This document shows positions 1-8,855 of a stretch of 50,811 nucleotides of DNA, one piece after another. The translations under genes were made by a program, and so were the position numbers. This DNA is from a virus (Duplodnaviria > Caudoviricetes): positions 1 to 50,811 of IMG/VR virus record IMGVR_UViG_3300005326_000013. One strand, given 5' to 3'. The number at the start of each line of letters is the position of its first letter. The stretch's first letter is position 1. The notes under the pieces were generated by a model. It did no database searches. It was not told where the DNA came from and saw only the letters and a list, made by a program, of their open reading frames with translations.

Positions 1-123
1 TCCTTGCCGCTTCGGCTTCCAGCTTGTCAAGGGGTACGCCTTCCTCCTTGAAAATGATGTATTCCTTATCCTTTAGAGTATAGGAGTATTCCGGACTCAT
101 AAAGACGTTCTGGATAGGGTACA
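1..123. repeat. terminal direct repeat (circular assembly overlap), copy 1
   Basis: 1-123 is identical to 50689-50811. Confidence 0.97.
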
Positions 124-787
124 CATCGAATACGGGGGTGTCTCTTTTTACCACCTTCTGCATGATAGGTTCTTGGATAACCTGCTTCATGGGGCGTTGC
201 ATGTAGGGGTCCAAGAACGGCATCCCGTCATCCGCAAGGGGTTGACCATCATCCCCAAAGGCTACCTCTTCCCGTGGGTTGTACCCGGCAATTACCTCTT
301 CGATCTCCTGTTCGTAGCACCCCTTGATAATGCCGTAGCTGTGAATGAACACGAACATTAAGAGACGGCTGATCTTCTGAAAATAGTGGGCGTCTTTGGC
401 GTTCAGAAGCTTGTTCAAGAGTTTTTTGCTGGCTTTGGCCTCTGCGATGTCCTGGGGGTCTTCGCTCTCCATGTCGTTTTCAACGAAGTCCCGTGACTGA
501 AAATACTGGCTGACAAAGTTCCCTATCTGTTTCAAAATCCGTGATACAAACTCAGGCAAGAAGATGTCCGATTCCCACTCGTTCGGCTTATCCTTGCGGA
601 CACAATGAAGAAGGTCGTAATACTCCTTGAAGTCGTCGATTTCATTAGACTTATTGGACTGCGCTACCGTCCATTCATCGCTCAGGATGGACAAGAGCCT
701 TTCCTGAACGAGTTCGGGAATGTCCGAGTCCGACTTCAGTTTTTTGTCCGCTTTTTTGGTCTTGCCCTTGTTGTAGTATCGGCTCAT
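1..787 (-). CDS. portal protein, N-terminal part (continues across the origin into 49421-50811)
   Basis: Hand-translated from ATG at 787 (ATGA overlap with the upstream stop): MSRYYNKGKTKK...DVYPIQNVFMSPEY, in frame with the ORF at 50788; about 684 aa total. Confidence 0.88.
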   Translation of the reverse strand, partial: MSRYYNKGKTKKADKKLKSDSDIPELVQERLLSILSDEWTVAQSNKSNEIDDFKEYYDLLHCVRKDKPNEWESDIFLPEFVSRILKQIGNFVSQYFQSRDFVENDMESEDPQDIAEAKASKKLLNKLLNAKDAHYFQKISRLLMFVFIHSYGIIKGCYEQEIEEVIAGYNPREEVAFGDDGQPLADDGMPFLDPYMQRPMKQVIQEPIMQKVVKRDTPVFDVYPIQNVFMSPEYSYTLKDKEYIIFKEEGVPLDKLEAEAAR

Positions 788-1407
788 CTTCCCTGCCCCA
801 TCTTCGCTTTAAGGGCCTGCATAAGCATCTGCATCTTGTCGCCACCGCCTTGACCCATACCACCCATAGAGGGCCTCTGTTGCATCTGAGGCATACCCTG
901 CCCCCTACCGGCCATCTGGGGCCTTGGCTGCATTTGTGGTCTGGCTTGCCCACCTCCCTGCTGTTGCATTTTGGCCTGCATAAGCTTTTGCATCATGGCT
1001 TGGCGTGGATCACCCCCGCCTTGGGCTCCGCCGGCACCAGGCATGCCCTGGGGCTGTCCCTGCTGCGCCTGTTGCTGTTTGGCCATAGCCGCCGTCTTCT
1101 GCCGATTCACAAACCATTCCAGCATGGAGTTGACGTTCTCGGGCATGAGCTTGTCTTCGGCAGTATCGAACCACCTGCCGTTGTCGGTCCTCTTGAACCG
1201 GTCAGGATGGTTAGGGGTCCGGTATTTAGCCTGAAGCTCCCCGCCTTCCCCTACCTTGATATTGCCCTCATCAAAGGCAGTCTTGTAGTCGTACACATTC
1301 CGTGGGTCGTTCGGGTCCGGTGGAAGGCCATACCGCTTTGCCATGTCAGAATACCAATACTGAAAGGCAATCTCCTTGTTCCTGTCGCCACCTTTGCTGT
1401 TAGCCAT
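784..1407 (-). CDS. hypothetical protein with small globular N-terminal domain (YDY...KYRTPNHP) and Q/M/G low-complexity tail; possible virion protein
   Basis: 207-aa ORF between terL and portal, translationally coupled to portal. Confidence 0.6.
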   Translation of the reverse strand: MANSKGGDRNKEIAFQYWYSDMAKRYGLPPDPNDPRNVYDYKTAFDEGNIKVGEGGELQAKYRTPNHPDRFKRTDNGRWFDTAEDKLMPENVNSMLEWFVNRQKTAAMAKQQQAQQGQPQGMPGAGGAQGGGDPRQAMMQKLMQAKMQQQGGGQARPQMQPRPQMAGRGQGMPQMQQRPSMGGMGQGGGDKMQMLMQALKAKMGQGR

Positions 1408-1585
1408 TGGGTAGAAACTCCGCTTTGAATTCCATGATGTCTTTTCTGGGTATCATAAATGTTTTATTTCCTTGAAGTATTTTGATATTCATTGTATCAA
1501 AATCTTCACTCCATTCATAATCCATATCGGGATCAAAATCTGGAATAAGGTGTTTAAATACCGATGCTGCAAATAATCTATCCAT
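1400..1585 (-). CDS. small AT-rich hypothetical protein (61 aa)
   Basis: ATG at 1585 overlapping the terL end, GGAG-type RBS upstream. Confidence 0.55.
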   Translation of the reverse strand: MDRLFAASVFKHLIPDFDPDMDYEWSEDFDTMNIKILQGNKTFMIPRKDIMEFKAEFLPNG

Positions 1586-3131
1586 ACGCTCGTCTCCTCC
1601 CCTGAAACAGCGTTGAAGATTGATAATCGCTCTTGGGGGTATCATAGAAAGTCGGGTTAAGCGCCCCTAAGAACTCGATATTACGGCAAAAGTCAGACCA
1701 TTTCTCCGACACCCGTTTCACACTTTTGATCGCCTTGACGCTTTCCTGTCGCCATTCGACATGTCGCCAGTTGGTGAAGTGTTCCCTATGAACCTTGCAG
1801 TTGGAAAGAAACCATAGGGTCGGTCGGTAGTACCCATACTTCGGGTCCGGGGGTTCCATATCGGCCAAGAGGTTGTTCCCCATCCGTTTGCAATCCAAGG
1901 CGTTCTTCATCCTGAGTTTGATGTTCATACGGGCAGATTCGTTTTTGGTCTGGGCCTCGACTACCCTTCGGAGCCCGTAATCCCCTCTTCGGAGATCCTC
2001 AAACACGCTATACCCAGTATTCGCCTGTTTCATCTTGGACAAAGGGTCAATAAGGGTCGCCCGATTACACTCGCTATCCTCTGGAATAAGGGACTCAGCT
2101 TTAATCAAGTCCCGGAGTTCAATCGTGGTCACGTTGTCATGCCGGGCCACAAGCTCCTTCCACACAATCCATTCATGCCGGGGGGTGATAGCTACATAAC
2201 TCACATACCAGGGCTTACTGGGGTGATAGTCAATTATCCGGTAATGCCAGTATGTTGCAAACTCCCGCGGGTTGAATACGGCGTCAAAATCCTTGATATG
2301 AACAAGCGGGTCGAAGCTCTTGTACACCCTGCCCGACACTTGCCGAAAGACCCCATACCGTCTCATGGCGAGTTCGTCTTCATCGTCTATGTCGGAAAAG
2401 ATTCTCTCGATGGTATCCTTATTTATAACCGGATTATCGTCAGTCGCCCAACAAAACGCCTCAAGGCTGGCCGTGGTATCATTTTCTTCAACTGCCGGTA
2501 GCCCAAACTTCCTCTGTATGGTTTTACTCCGGTATATCCTCCTGGCCCTCTTCCATATCATGTCAAAGGTCCAGTCAAGGCCACGGACAGGAGTAAGGTT
2601 GATAGTAACATCCCCGCCCTCAATGATGAGCCTCATGTGGTTCTCATCCCACTTGGTACGGTCAATTTCCTCGTCCTGGTAGTAGGCCGCCCGCTGAACC
2701 GACATAAAGGCGTCTATATCCTGCTTAGACGACATGAACTCGATCTTCCTGTCTGCCCCCCCGTAGCGGTCCCTCACCGTCATTTGACTTGACCGGGCCG
2801 TCACGTCCTTCTTGATAAGCTCGGTAGGGAAAAGCCGCTTAAACTCCACATATTGCTGATTTTCCTCATCATCATCCGACTTGGGAAGGCACTTGCTTAT
2901 GCACCGTATGGGCTTCTCGAACCTGTTCCGCTTGGGGACAGGATGAATCCCTAGGAGCCTCATGGCCGCATCCAGCATACAGACGACGGTCCCACCTGCC
3001 TGATTCCCTTTGAACAAGGCCCGGGTGTCGGCCTCAGACATGAAATACTTGTACGCCGTCGGATGAGGCTTGAACTTGCTCAGCACCGCCTGCTGAAGAG
3101 GGTCAACCTTTATGGCAGGAGCGTCAACCAT
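1578..3131 (-). CDS. terL: terminase large subunit
   Basis: ATPase with Walker A variant KGNQAGGT, Walker B YYQDEE and LTP coupling motif; RNase H-like nuclease (IIDYHP, IDP, DFCRN); upstream of portal. Confidence 0.9.
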   Translation of the reverse strand: MVDAPAIKVDPLQQAVLSKFKPHPTAYKYFMSEADTRALFKGNQAGGTVVCMLDAAMRLLGIHPVPKRNRFEKPIRCISKCLPKSDDDEENQQYVEFKRLFPTELIKKDVTARSSQMTVRDRYGGADRKIEFMSSKQDIDAFMSVQRAAYYQDEEIDRTKWDENHMRLIIEGGDVTINLTPVRGLDWTFDMIWKRARRIYRSKTIQRKFGLPAVEENDTTASLEAFCWATDDNPVINKDTIERIFSDIDDEDELAMRRYGVFRQVSGRVYKSFDPLVHIKDFDAVFNPREFATYWHYRIIDYHPSKPWYVSYVAITPRHEWIVWKELVARHDNVTTIELRDLIKAESLIPEDSECNRATLIDPLSKMKQANTGYSVFEDLRRGDYGLRRVVEAQTKNESARMNIKLRMKNALDCKRMGNNLLADMEPPDPKYGYYRPTLWFLSNCKVHREHFTNWRHVEWRQESVKAIKSVKRVSEKWSDFCRNIEFLGALNPTFYDTPKSDYQSSTLFQGRRRAYG

Positions 3132-3294
3132 TACATTCGTCTATCAGCTTCAGGAGTTTTGTTAGTAATTTATTGTACTCACTCGTTGAATTACATACTT
3201 CGCATGATTCGAAGTGCCCACACAGGCACCTCGTCCAATGCACTTCCGGCCCTACAATAGCCACCAGTTTTTCAAGTATCTCCTTGCCGTCCAT
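3124..3294 (-). CDS. small Cys-containing hypothetical protein (56 aa)
   Basis: Hand-translated MDGKEILEKLVAIVG...CLCGHFESCEVC; GGGGAG RBS; fills the gap. Confidence 0.55.
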   Translation of the reverse strand: MDGKEILEKLVAIVGPEVHWTRCLCGHFESCEVCNSTSEYNKLLTKLLKLIDECNG

Positions 3295-3304
3295 GTTCTC
3301 TCCC

Positions 3305-3631
3305 CTATCTCTGTTTTCCCCAAACTACTTTGTAATTTTTACTGAACCAATCCGCATCGTCTTCGCTATCAAACTCTATGTAATCGCCTGTCTTTTTAAC
3401 CTCTTGGAAAGCCTTGTCAGGGGCATATTCTTTGAGCTTGTCGCCCCTTTGAAGTATGGTGGGGAATACGATATACTTTCCGTCTTCCTCCATGTATGCC
3501 ATTTTGTGAGAGGCTACTTCCCCATTCCCGTAGTCAATTTGTGGATATTTTTCAGGCTCAAGAATCCTTTTGACAAATGGCTTGTCCTTGTTTTGCATGA
3601 GGATTTTTACTACTTTAGCCCAATCATCCAT
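3305..3631 (-). CDS. hypothetical phage protein
   Basis: 108-aa ORF tightly packed in the late operon. Confidence 0.7.
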   Translation of the reverse strand: MDDWAKVVKILMQNKDKPFVKRILEPEKYPQIDYGNGEVASHKMAYMEEDGKYIVFPTILQRGDKLKEYAPDKAFQEVKKTGDYIEFDSEDDADWFSKNYKVVWGKQR

Positions 3632-3634
3632 AGC

Positions 3635-4504
3635 TTAAAAATAGCACACAACCTCTACCTTGCCAGCAGAGCCGGATGCAGCGTCACAGCACTTAAAGGC
3701 CATGATTTCACCAATCCCGCGCAACCAGTAGTTGCTCCCAGCCGTCAACAGGAAACCCATATTCGGCTCCGGGGCCGTAGTATTGGATGGGCTTGAACCG
3801 TCAATCGTGAACCGGATAGACTGCGTTTCGGCCATAAGAAGGGCAGTCTTGGCATAGTTACCAAGTTTACTGTATATCTCTTTCCCTATGGTCGGCGTGG
3901 TCACACTGGAACTGTCGCCCTGGCCTACGCCATATTCAGTAATTTCATACACCGAGGCATCGTCAAAGTAGCTGACATCCGTGTTTGCCTTGGACGCAAA
4001 GTAGATGGTCGTCAGCACACTCAGCGCCGTGAAGAACACATCCACTGCGCTTGAGAACGCCGATGCTGACGCCGTAAGGTCCGTATAAGCCACAATGTCC
4101 GCTTCCACCCCCGTCCTAGCGTTCGTGATACGGTACTGTGTCGTATCCCCGGCAGTCGTCTTGTAATAGAACCGCAAACGGTATCTGGTCCCGGCCACGG
4201 TTACAATGTCATGGTATCCATGCCCGTTGACATCGGTTGCCGTCACCTTCATGCATGTAGTGCCACCGCTATTGGTCCTATTCGCCGTTTCAGAGGCAAG
4301 TGTAGCATCCCCCGATGTCCATCCCGTAGGCGGGTCGCCTGCCGCAAAGTTGCCATACGTCAGGAGGTTCGCCCCCGTAATGCGGTAGTTGTCCTTGGCG
4401 CTTATGGGCATCCGGTAGGTGCTTGAGCTTATGCCCGTAATGGTATCGCCGGGGATGAGCTTTTCCCTCTTAAGCGGCATTCCTGAATAGTCGAAGACCC
4501 TCAT
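3635..4504 (-). CDS. putative virion protein with inserted carbohydrate-binding (CBM4/9-like) domain
   Basis: NLLTYGNF...PTGW, GTRYRLRFYYK and YFDDASVYE galactose-binding-fold motifs inside a small beta-rich phage protein (IRFTIDGSSP...GFLLTAG). Confidence 0.65.
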   Translation of the reverse strand: MRVFDYSGMPLKREKLIPGDTITGISSSTYRMPISAKDNYRITGANLLTYGNFAAGDPPTGWTSGDATLASETANRTNSGGTTCMKVTATDVNGHGYHDIVTVAGTRYRLRFYYKTTAGDTTQYRITNARTGVEADIVAYTDLTASASAFSSAVDVFFTALSVLTTIYFASKANTDVSYFDDASVYEITEYGVGQGDSSSVTTPTIGKEIYSKLGNYAKTALLMAETQSIRFTIDGSSPSNTTAPEPNMGFLLTAGSNYWLRGIGEIMAFKCCDAASGSAGKVEVVCYF

Positions 4505-4629
4505 TTCTTTTTTCTCCTTTTACCTTCAATTTTGTTCATAGTTCCGTATATATAAGCCGCTTTTCTCTTCCCCTTTAGTCCCTTCTTACGGGCTGATTTC
4601 GCCAGCGCGTCATGGATTTTCTTGGGCAT
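4501..4629 (-). CDS. small very basic protein (42 aa)
   Basis: MPKKIHDALAKSARKKGLKGKRKAAYIYGTMNKIEGKRRKKK; overlaps both neighbours (TAATG, ATGA). Confidence 0.7.
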   Translation of the reverse strand: MPKKIHDALAKSARKKGLKGKRKAAYIYGTMNKIEGKRRKKK

Positions 4630-5222
4630 TAGTGTATCGTCACGCTGAAGGACCGTTTTTGTGCCGCCATGTAGCTCAGCGCCCCACCGAACGTGCTATA
4701 ATTTACCGTTACCTTCATCCCTTGTAAGAAGTTAGCCCGTTTATCGTCAAACCGCACATCCGGGCAGCACAGTCCCCATATCCGTTTCACCGTCTCAGGT
4801 TGTTCCAGGTCCCCATACTGAAAGACCGTAACCCCCTTCATCTTCTTGATAAACTCAAGAGCCTCAAGCGAGGCGATAATAAACTTCCGAAACTCCCCAA
4901 GTACCCTTGCATCTCCCATGATCTCAGGGAACGCCCGTGTCATGCTGTAGACCACCTCAGCCGGTTCCCGTTCCACCACCACGATAGGAGCCTCAGGAAG
5001 CATCCGTCGCAAGCAAAGGGCCTTCACCGGATAAGTGTCCGCAACCCCTACATACTTCTTCCCGTAAACATCGTACGTAGTTTGCAGCACTCCCTCAATA
5101 TCCTTATCCTCATAAGTTGCAAGGATGTCGTGGTAGCACATCACGCTTTCCGTGTTGAACAGGTTCGCCAGCCATGCCGTCCTGCTCCTCGGAAGCCCTA
5201 TGATAAAGAACAGCCCCCCCAT
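4629..5222 (-). CDS. sulfotransferase-like P-loop protein
   Basis: 5'-PSB-like FFIIGLPRSRTAWL and 3'-PB-like VVEREPAEVVYS. Confidence 0.7.
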   Translation of the reverse strand: MGGLFFIIGLPRSRTAWLANLFNTESVMCYHDILATYEDKDIEGVLQTTYDVYGKKYVGVADTYPVKALCLRRMLPEAPIVVVEREPAEVVYSMTRAFPEIMGDARVLGEFRKFIIASLEALEFIKKMKGVTVFQYGDLEQPETVKRIWGLCCPDVRFDDKRANFLQGMKVTVNYSTFGGALSYMAAQKRSFSVTIH

Positions 5223-5233
5223 TATTAAGCCCC

Positions 5234-5936
5234 TTATTCTACGATACCCCCGTTTTTCAGCGCCAGAACAGACTGCTCCAAAATATACAATGGGATGTTG
5301 ATCGGTATGTCATCGTTGCGTTGAATCTTTATCATTTTTGTGTAATAACTTGGTTCTATTTTCTCACCCATGTCATTGTATTCATTATTCCAAATATGGA
5401 ATTGGTACAATGCCCCCATTTGTATATTATCAAATATCATTCGGCCTACCATTTAAATATAGACCATTTTTTCTTAGGTTCATGATATAATTCTGGATAA
5501 ACTATAGGCGGAAAAAACGTAACTAAATCATAATCATTAAAACCGTATAACAAGTTATTAATATGTAATGTCTTAGGACTTAACTTCGGGACTTTAATAT
5601 TTTTGCAACCACTTACCTTTTTATATGACATCATGCTTTCTACTTTTGGCATCACTACCCTCCCCCACCATTTTCTCCCCCGTTATATCTCTCGTAAGCC
5701 TCCATAAACTCCCGTGCCGTCAGCACCTCCACCCCCGCTTCCTGAACCACCCGTGCCCGTCGTGCCGCCTCCCTCCATGTATCCGTGGTAAACCACCCGT
5801 TTATGACCCCCTCGTACCCCTCCATCCTACTTCGAGTCAGGAGGTCGATAGCCCTTTGCGTAATCTCATGCTCACGGAGGTCGTCCGGGTCCTCTTCCTC
5901 AAGCTCAGCATCCCTCCCAAACCACGGCAATCTCAT
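5234..5936 (-). CDS. three small hypothetical genes (5234-5452, 5446-5655, 5655-5936); the first two are AT-rich
   Basis: tightly overlapping co-oriented ORFs. Confidence 0.5.
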
Positions 5937-5982
5937 GATTCCTCACATCAATTTTTATTCCCTATTCCCATCTTTTTATTCA

Positions 5983-6714
5983 TTAAAAAGTAAATAAACC
6001 GCTATATATATCCCACCATTGGTTAATATCGTAACCTAACACATTCGTTACATAATCATAAAGCTCTTGTGATGTCATTCCCTCCGCATAATCCGTAGTT
6101 CCACCAGAGTCATATTGAGCACCATTAGCTATCCATTCGTTGTAGACAGCCTCCGGTATCATTTGCAAATTCCCACTAGCATCATATACCGCCACATACC
6201 CATTCCCAGACTGCCCGTAAGCCATCTCAATTACTGAATCATTTGATGTGGCTACGTAATCCTCGCTCATAGACGGGTCAGACTGTACAAATTGCCCCGT
6301 ATTCCATAAATTCATCAATTCATCTAACTTGGCATAATCCTCTTCGCTCGCGTATGCCGGAGAATACCATCCCTGTATCTGTGCCACACTTTGAGCATTA
6401 CCATAATTTCCGCTAGTTCCACTAGTCTCTATCGCGTCATATAATCCCGCTATGTAATCCTGCATGTATTGCTCTGAATTAAAATTACCTTCCTCATCAT
6501 AATAAACCGACTGGTCTTCAGGCCCGTAATATCCCACAGCCTGGTTCTTGACATTTTCCGCAGCCCATTCGTCCAATCCCTTCGCCAGGTCGTACCCGCT
6601 TTGATCCGTCATCGCAGGTTGCTGTGTCTTCCCCAAGTAAGCCTGGTAGTAAGCGTCGGTCTTAGGCTTACCCGTAGCGTATTTGCTCATAGCATAGTCA
6701 AGCAGTCCAGTCAT
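5983..6714 (-). CDS. acidic Tyr/Gly-rich hypothetical protein, possibly internal virion
   Basis: 243-aa ORF; composition resembles the ejection-like protein at 38448. Confidence 0.6.
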   Translation of the reverse strand: MTGLLDYAMSKYATGKPKTDAYYQAYLGKTQQPAMTDQSGYDLAKGLDEWAAENVKNQAVGYYGPEDQSVYYDEEGNFNSEQYMQDYIAGLYDAIETSGTSGNYGNAQSVAQIQGWYSPAYASEEDYAKLDELMNLWNTGQFVQSDPSMSEDYVATSNDSVIEMAYGQSGNGYVAVYDASGNLQMIPEAVYNEWIANGAQYDSGGTTDYAEGMTSQELYDYVTNVLGYDINQWWDIYSGLFTF

Positions 6715-6858
6715 ATCATTCCACCTTTTGCCTTAGTGTAGCTTTCTGCAACAGTCGCTTCTGGCCCTTTTGTGTTGTCCCGGAGCAGATATTTACGTAC
6801 CGGACGGTCGGCTCGCTCCTGCCCCCGGTCGTCCTCCTGCCTGTACGCCTGGGGCGCC

Positions 6859-7434
6859 CTACGTACCCTCACCGCTCTCTCCCTCTGGCGCCTCAAAAAC
6901 CCCAGAATCAACCAATGTACCCTCTGCCCCTGGCTCTAAACTAGCCCCGGAATTAGTTGACATAACACCTGGTATCGGACACTCGGCATTATCACCTACA
7001 TCTATTATATTAGGGTCATCCGTATCACCCTGGCCCTGGGCGAGGTACCATGAGCTGAATGCGTCAGTGACGCGAGCATCGGCAGGGGTAACAGTGGTCT
7101 GTCGGTTGTCTACGTATATCTGATTCAGGAGATGAACGTCTGTGTGTGGGGATGATAACCGTGTTACTTTGTGCCATTCCTTTATGGCATCCAGGGAGAT
7201 CTTATCGTCGTCTGAGCTGATATGCTTTAGGAACTTGTCTTTGACTACTGGGGCATGTGCGAGGTATCCACGCAGGGTTGTATCAACGATCTGCTTGATT
7301 TGATCGGTATTGAGGATCTGAGAGATACGCTGGTTAGATAATCCTACTGATTTAGCTATATCTAATGTAGACTGGCCATCGCAATACATTTCAGCTATAT
7401 TCAAATCTCTCCTAGTATGGTCTGTTCTATACAT
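6859..7434 (-). CDS. terS: terminase small subunit (putative)
   Basis: N-terminal HTH (STLDIAKSVGLSNQRISQIL), helical oligomerisation region and acidic tail; near the start of the late operon, upstream of terL. Confidence 0.65.
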   Translation of the reverse strand: MYRTDHTRRDLNIAEMYCDGQSTLDIAKSVGLSNQRISQILNTDQIKQIVDTTLRGYLAHAPVVKDKFLKHISSDDDKISLDAIKEWHKVTRLSSPHTDVHLLNQIYVDNRQTTVTPADARVTDAFSSWYLAQGQGDTDDPNIIDVGDNAECPIPGVMSTNSGASLEPGAEGTLVDSGVFEAPEGESGEGT

Positions 7435-7449
7435 GCTAATATATATATA

Positions 7450-7722
7450 TTAACCTATAATAGACAATGTGGATATAGAAATTATGTCTTTAGAGTCCCA
7501 GTTAGATATTTTTGAGTAGTTATCCCATTTCCAGGGATCAAACTCACTCCAAACAAAGTTGCCATCAAGGATGCCTACCATGTCTGATTGCCCTTTAATT
7601 ACCATGTCCATGAGCAGGTAGTTGTCAATATCGTTGTATTGATAATACTTTGAGAGACAGTTTGAGCATAGGACAGTTGGGTTATCAATTTTTGTATGGC
7701 AGGCTTTACAGTGCCTTACCAT
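7450..7722 (-). CDS. Zn-finger hypothetical protein
   Basis: CKAC...CSNC; first ORF after the leftward promoter. Confidence 0.5.
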   Translation of the reverse strand: MVRHCKACHTKIDNPTVLCSNCLSKYYQYNDIDNYLLMDMVIKGQSDMVGILDGNFVWSEFDPWKWDNYSKISNWDSKDIISISTLSIIG

Positions 7723-7763
7723 ACGCAGTATCCTATCCCCTGTATCCTGTATCCCATAAGAAT

Positions 7764-7792
7764 AATTTATCAGGTTTTTTTGAGTCTGTCAA
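7764..7792 (-). promoter_or_regulatory. sigma70-type promoter for the leftward packaging/structural operon
   Basis: TTGACA-17 bp-TAAATT with extended -10 TG. Confidence 0.6.
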
Positions 7793-7801
7793 GTGAAATC
7801 C

Positions 7802-7835
7802 GTTCAAAAACTGAACTGAGTACAAAATATTGTAC
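7802..7835. promoter_or_regulatory. tandem palindromes GTTCA-N5-TGAAC and GTACAA-N4-TTGTAC (candidate enhancer/operator sites)
   Basis: inverted repeats at 7802-7816 and 7820-7835 in AT-rich intergenic DNA. Confidence 0.45.
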
Positions 7836-7980
7836 TTTCGGATACTTTGTACCCAGGGAACGGGTATCCAGTTTTGATATATTTGGATTCAATTTGCATA
7901 ACAGGATATTAATATTATATATAACCTGGATCAAGTATATGGATACTATGTATCCGTATATAATAGGCTACAGTCAATAA

Positions 7981-7993
7981 TATCAATAGGTTA
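7981..7993 (+). promoter_or_regulatory. IHF binding site
   Basis: TATCAATAGGTTA matches WATCAANNNNTTR exactly. Confidence 0.6.
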
Positions 7994-7997
7994 TGTA

Positions 7998-8014
7998 TTG
8001 GCATGAGGGTTGCT
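7998..8014 (+). promoter_or_regulatory. sigma54-type (-24/-12) promoter
   Basis: TTGGCATGAGGGTTGCT with GG(8000-8001)-N10-GC(8012-8013); RBS at 8043-8050 downstream. Confidence 0.6.
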
Positions 8015-8058
8015 TATGTAAAAGGCAGTCACAAACACTAACAGGGGAGGGCGCAAAA

Positions 8059-8422
8059 ATGCAGAAATACAGTGTGGAATGGAAACAGGCGCAACAAAAT
8101 AGTCAGGGCGGATGGGCGCAGTATCACCGGGGAGCCAGAAAACGGCAGAACGAATTTAACAGGGCGAATCACGAATATCTACGACTATGCAGATTGCCCC
8201 ATTGACTGCCTCAAAGGTCCGCACGTAAAAACAGGCTTTGTCCTCCGATTCTACCCTAAAGGGTGGGGTATTTACAACGGAGCAATCCAACACGTAAGTA
8301 AGCGAAATGTCTTCGCAATGCTTGACTGGTTGCATGAACAGCAAGCAAAACCACTCACAAACCTTTTTGAGAAACAGGAGGTGTTTCATGATCCGAACCG
8401 ATCCCACAATGTTGGTCTATGA
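8059..8422 (+). CDS. first gene of accessory block 1; frame ambiguous (48-aa ORF 8059-8205 or +1-frame ORF ending at 8422)
   Basis: strong RBS fits ATG 8059, but the longer ORF is in the +1 frame. Confidence 0.4.
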
Positions 8423-8855
8423 TGCCACAGAACAGCCGTGGACGATAGGGTATGGTGGCAACCCTGGCGACGATTTTGGAGTTATCGTAAGTCCTCACCG
8501 AGATCGTGCTATATGCAACCTTGAGCCAATAGACTACAAGATCGAAAACGCAAGGTTGATTTGTGCAGCTCCGCCCCTACTCAAGGTTGCTCAAAAGCTG
8601 TTGTTGTGGATGGAAGAATGCTCCTTGGCCTGCGATTTCAACCACGACGACATGGACCTTTACCACGAACTCAGGCAAGCGATCAGGACAGCGGGGGGAT
8701 TTTCAAGTGACACTTGGTGGTGGCAAGGACCCTGCATATGCAGCACATGCAGCCACGCATGGCAAGGTGTTGTGGAAATACCGGTCGAGGCTACGTGCCC
8801 GCAGGTTGACCTTGAATGTAGCGAATGTCACCAGATGACAGGAGGTCCGGCATGA
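8388..8855 (+). CDS. hypothetical protein, PW...NARLIxAAP phage family with C-terminal Zn ribbon
   Basis: TEQPW...ENARLICAAPPLL; CSTC/CSEC; CAGGAGG RBS. Confidence 0.7.
   Translation: MIRTDPTMLVYDATEQPWTIGYGGNPGDDFGVIVSPHRDRAICNLEPIDYKIENARLICAAPPLLKVAQKLLLWMEECSLACDFNHDDMDLYHELRQAIRTAGGFSSDTWWWQGPCICSTCSHAWQGVVEIPVEATCPQVDLECSECHQMTGGPA

Noticed and set aside
1-123. biological direct terminal repeat
   Set aside because: Falls mid-portal gene, so most likely an assembler overlap rather than a packaging terminus
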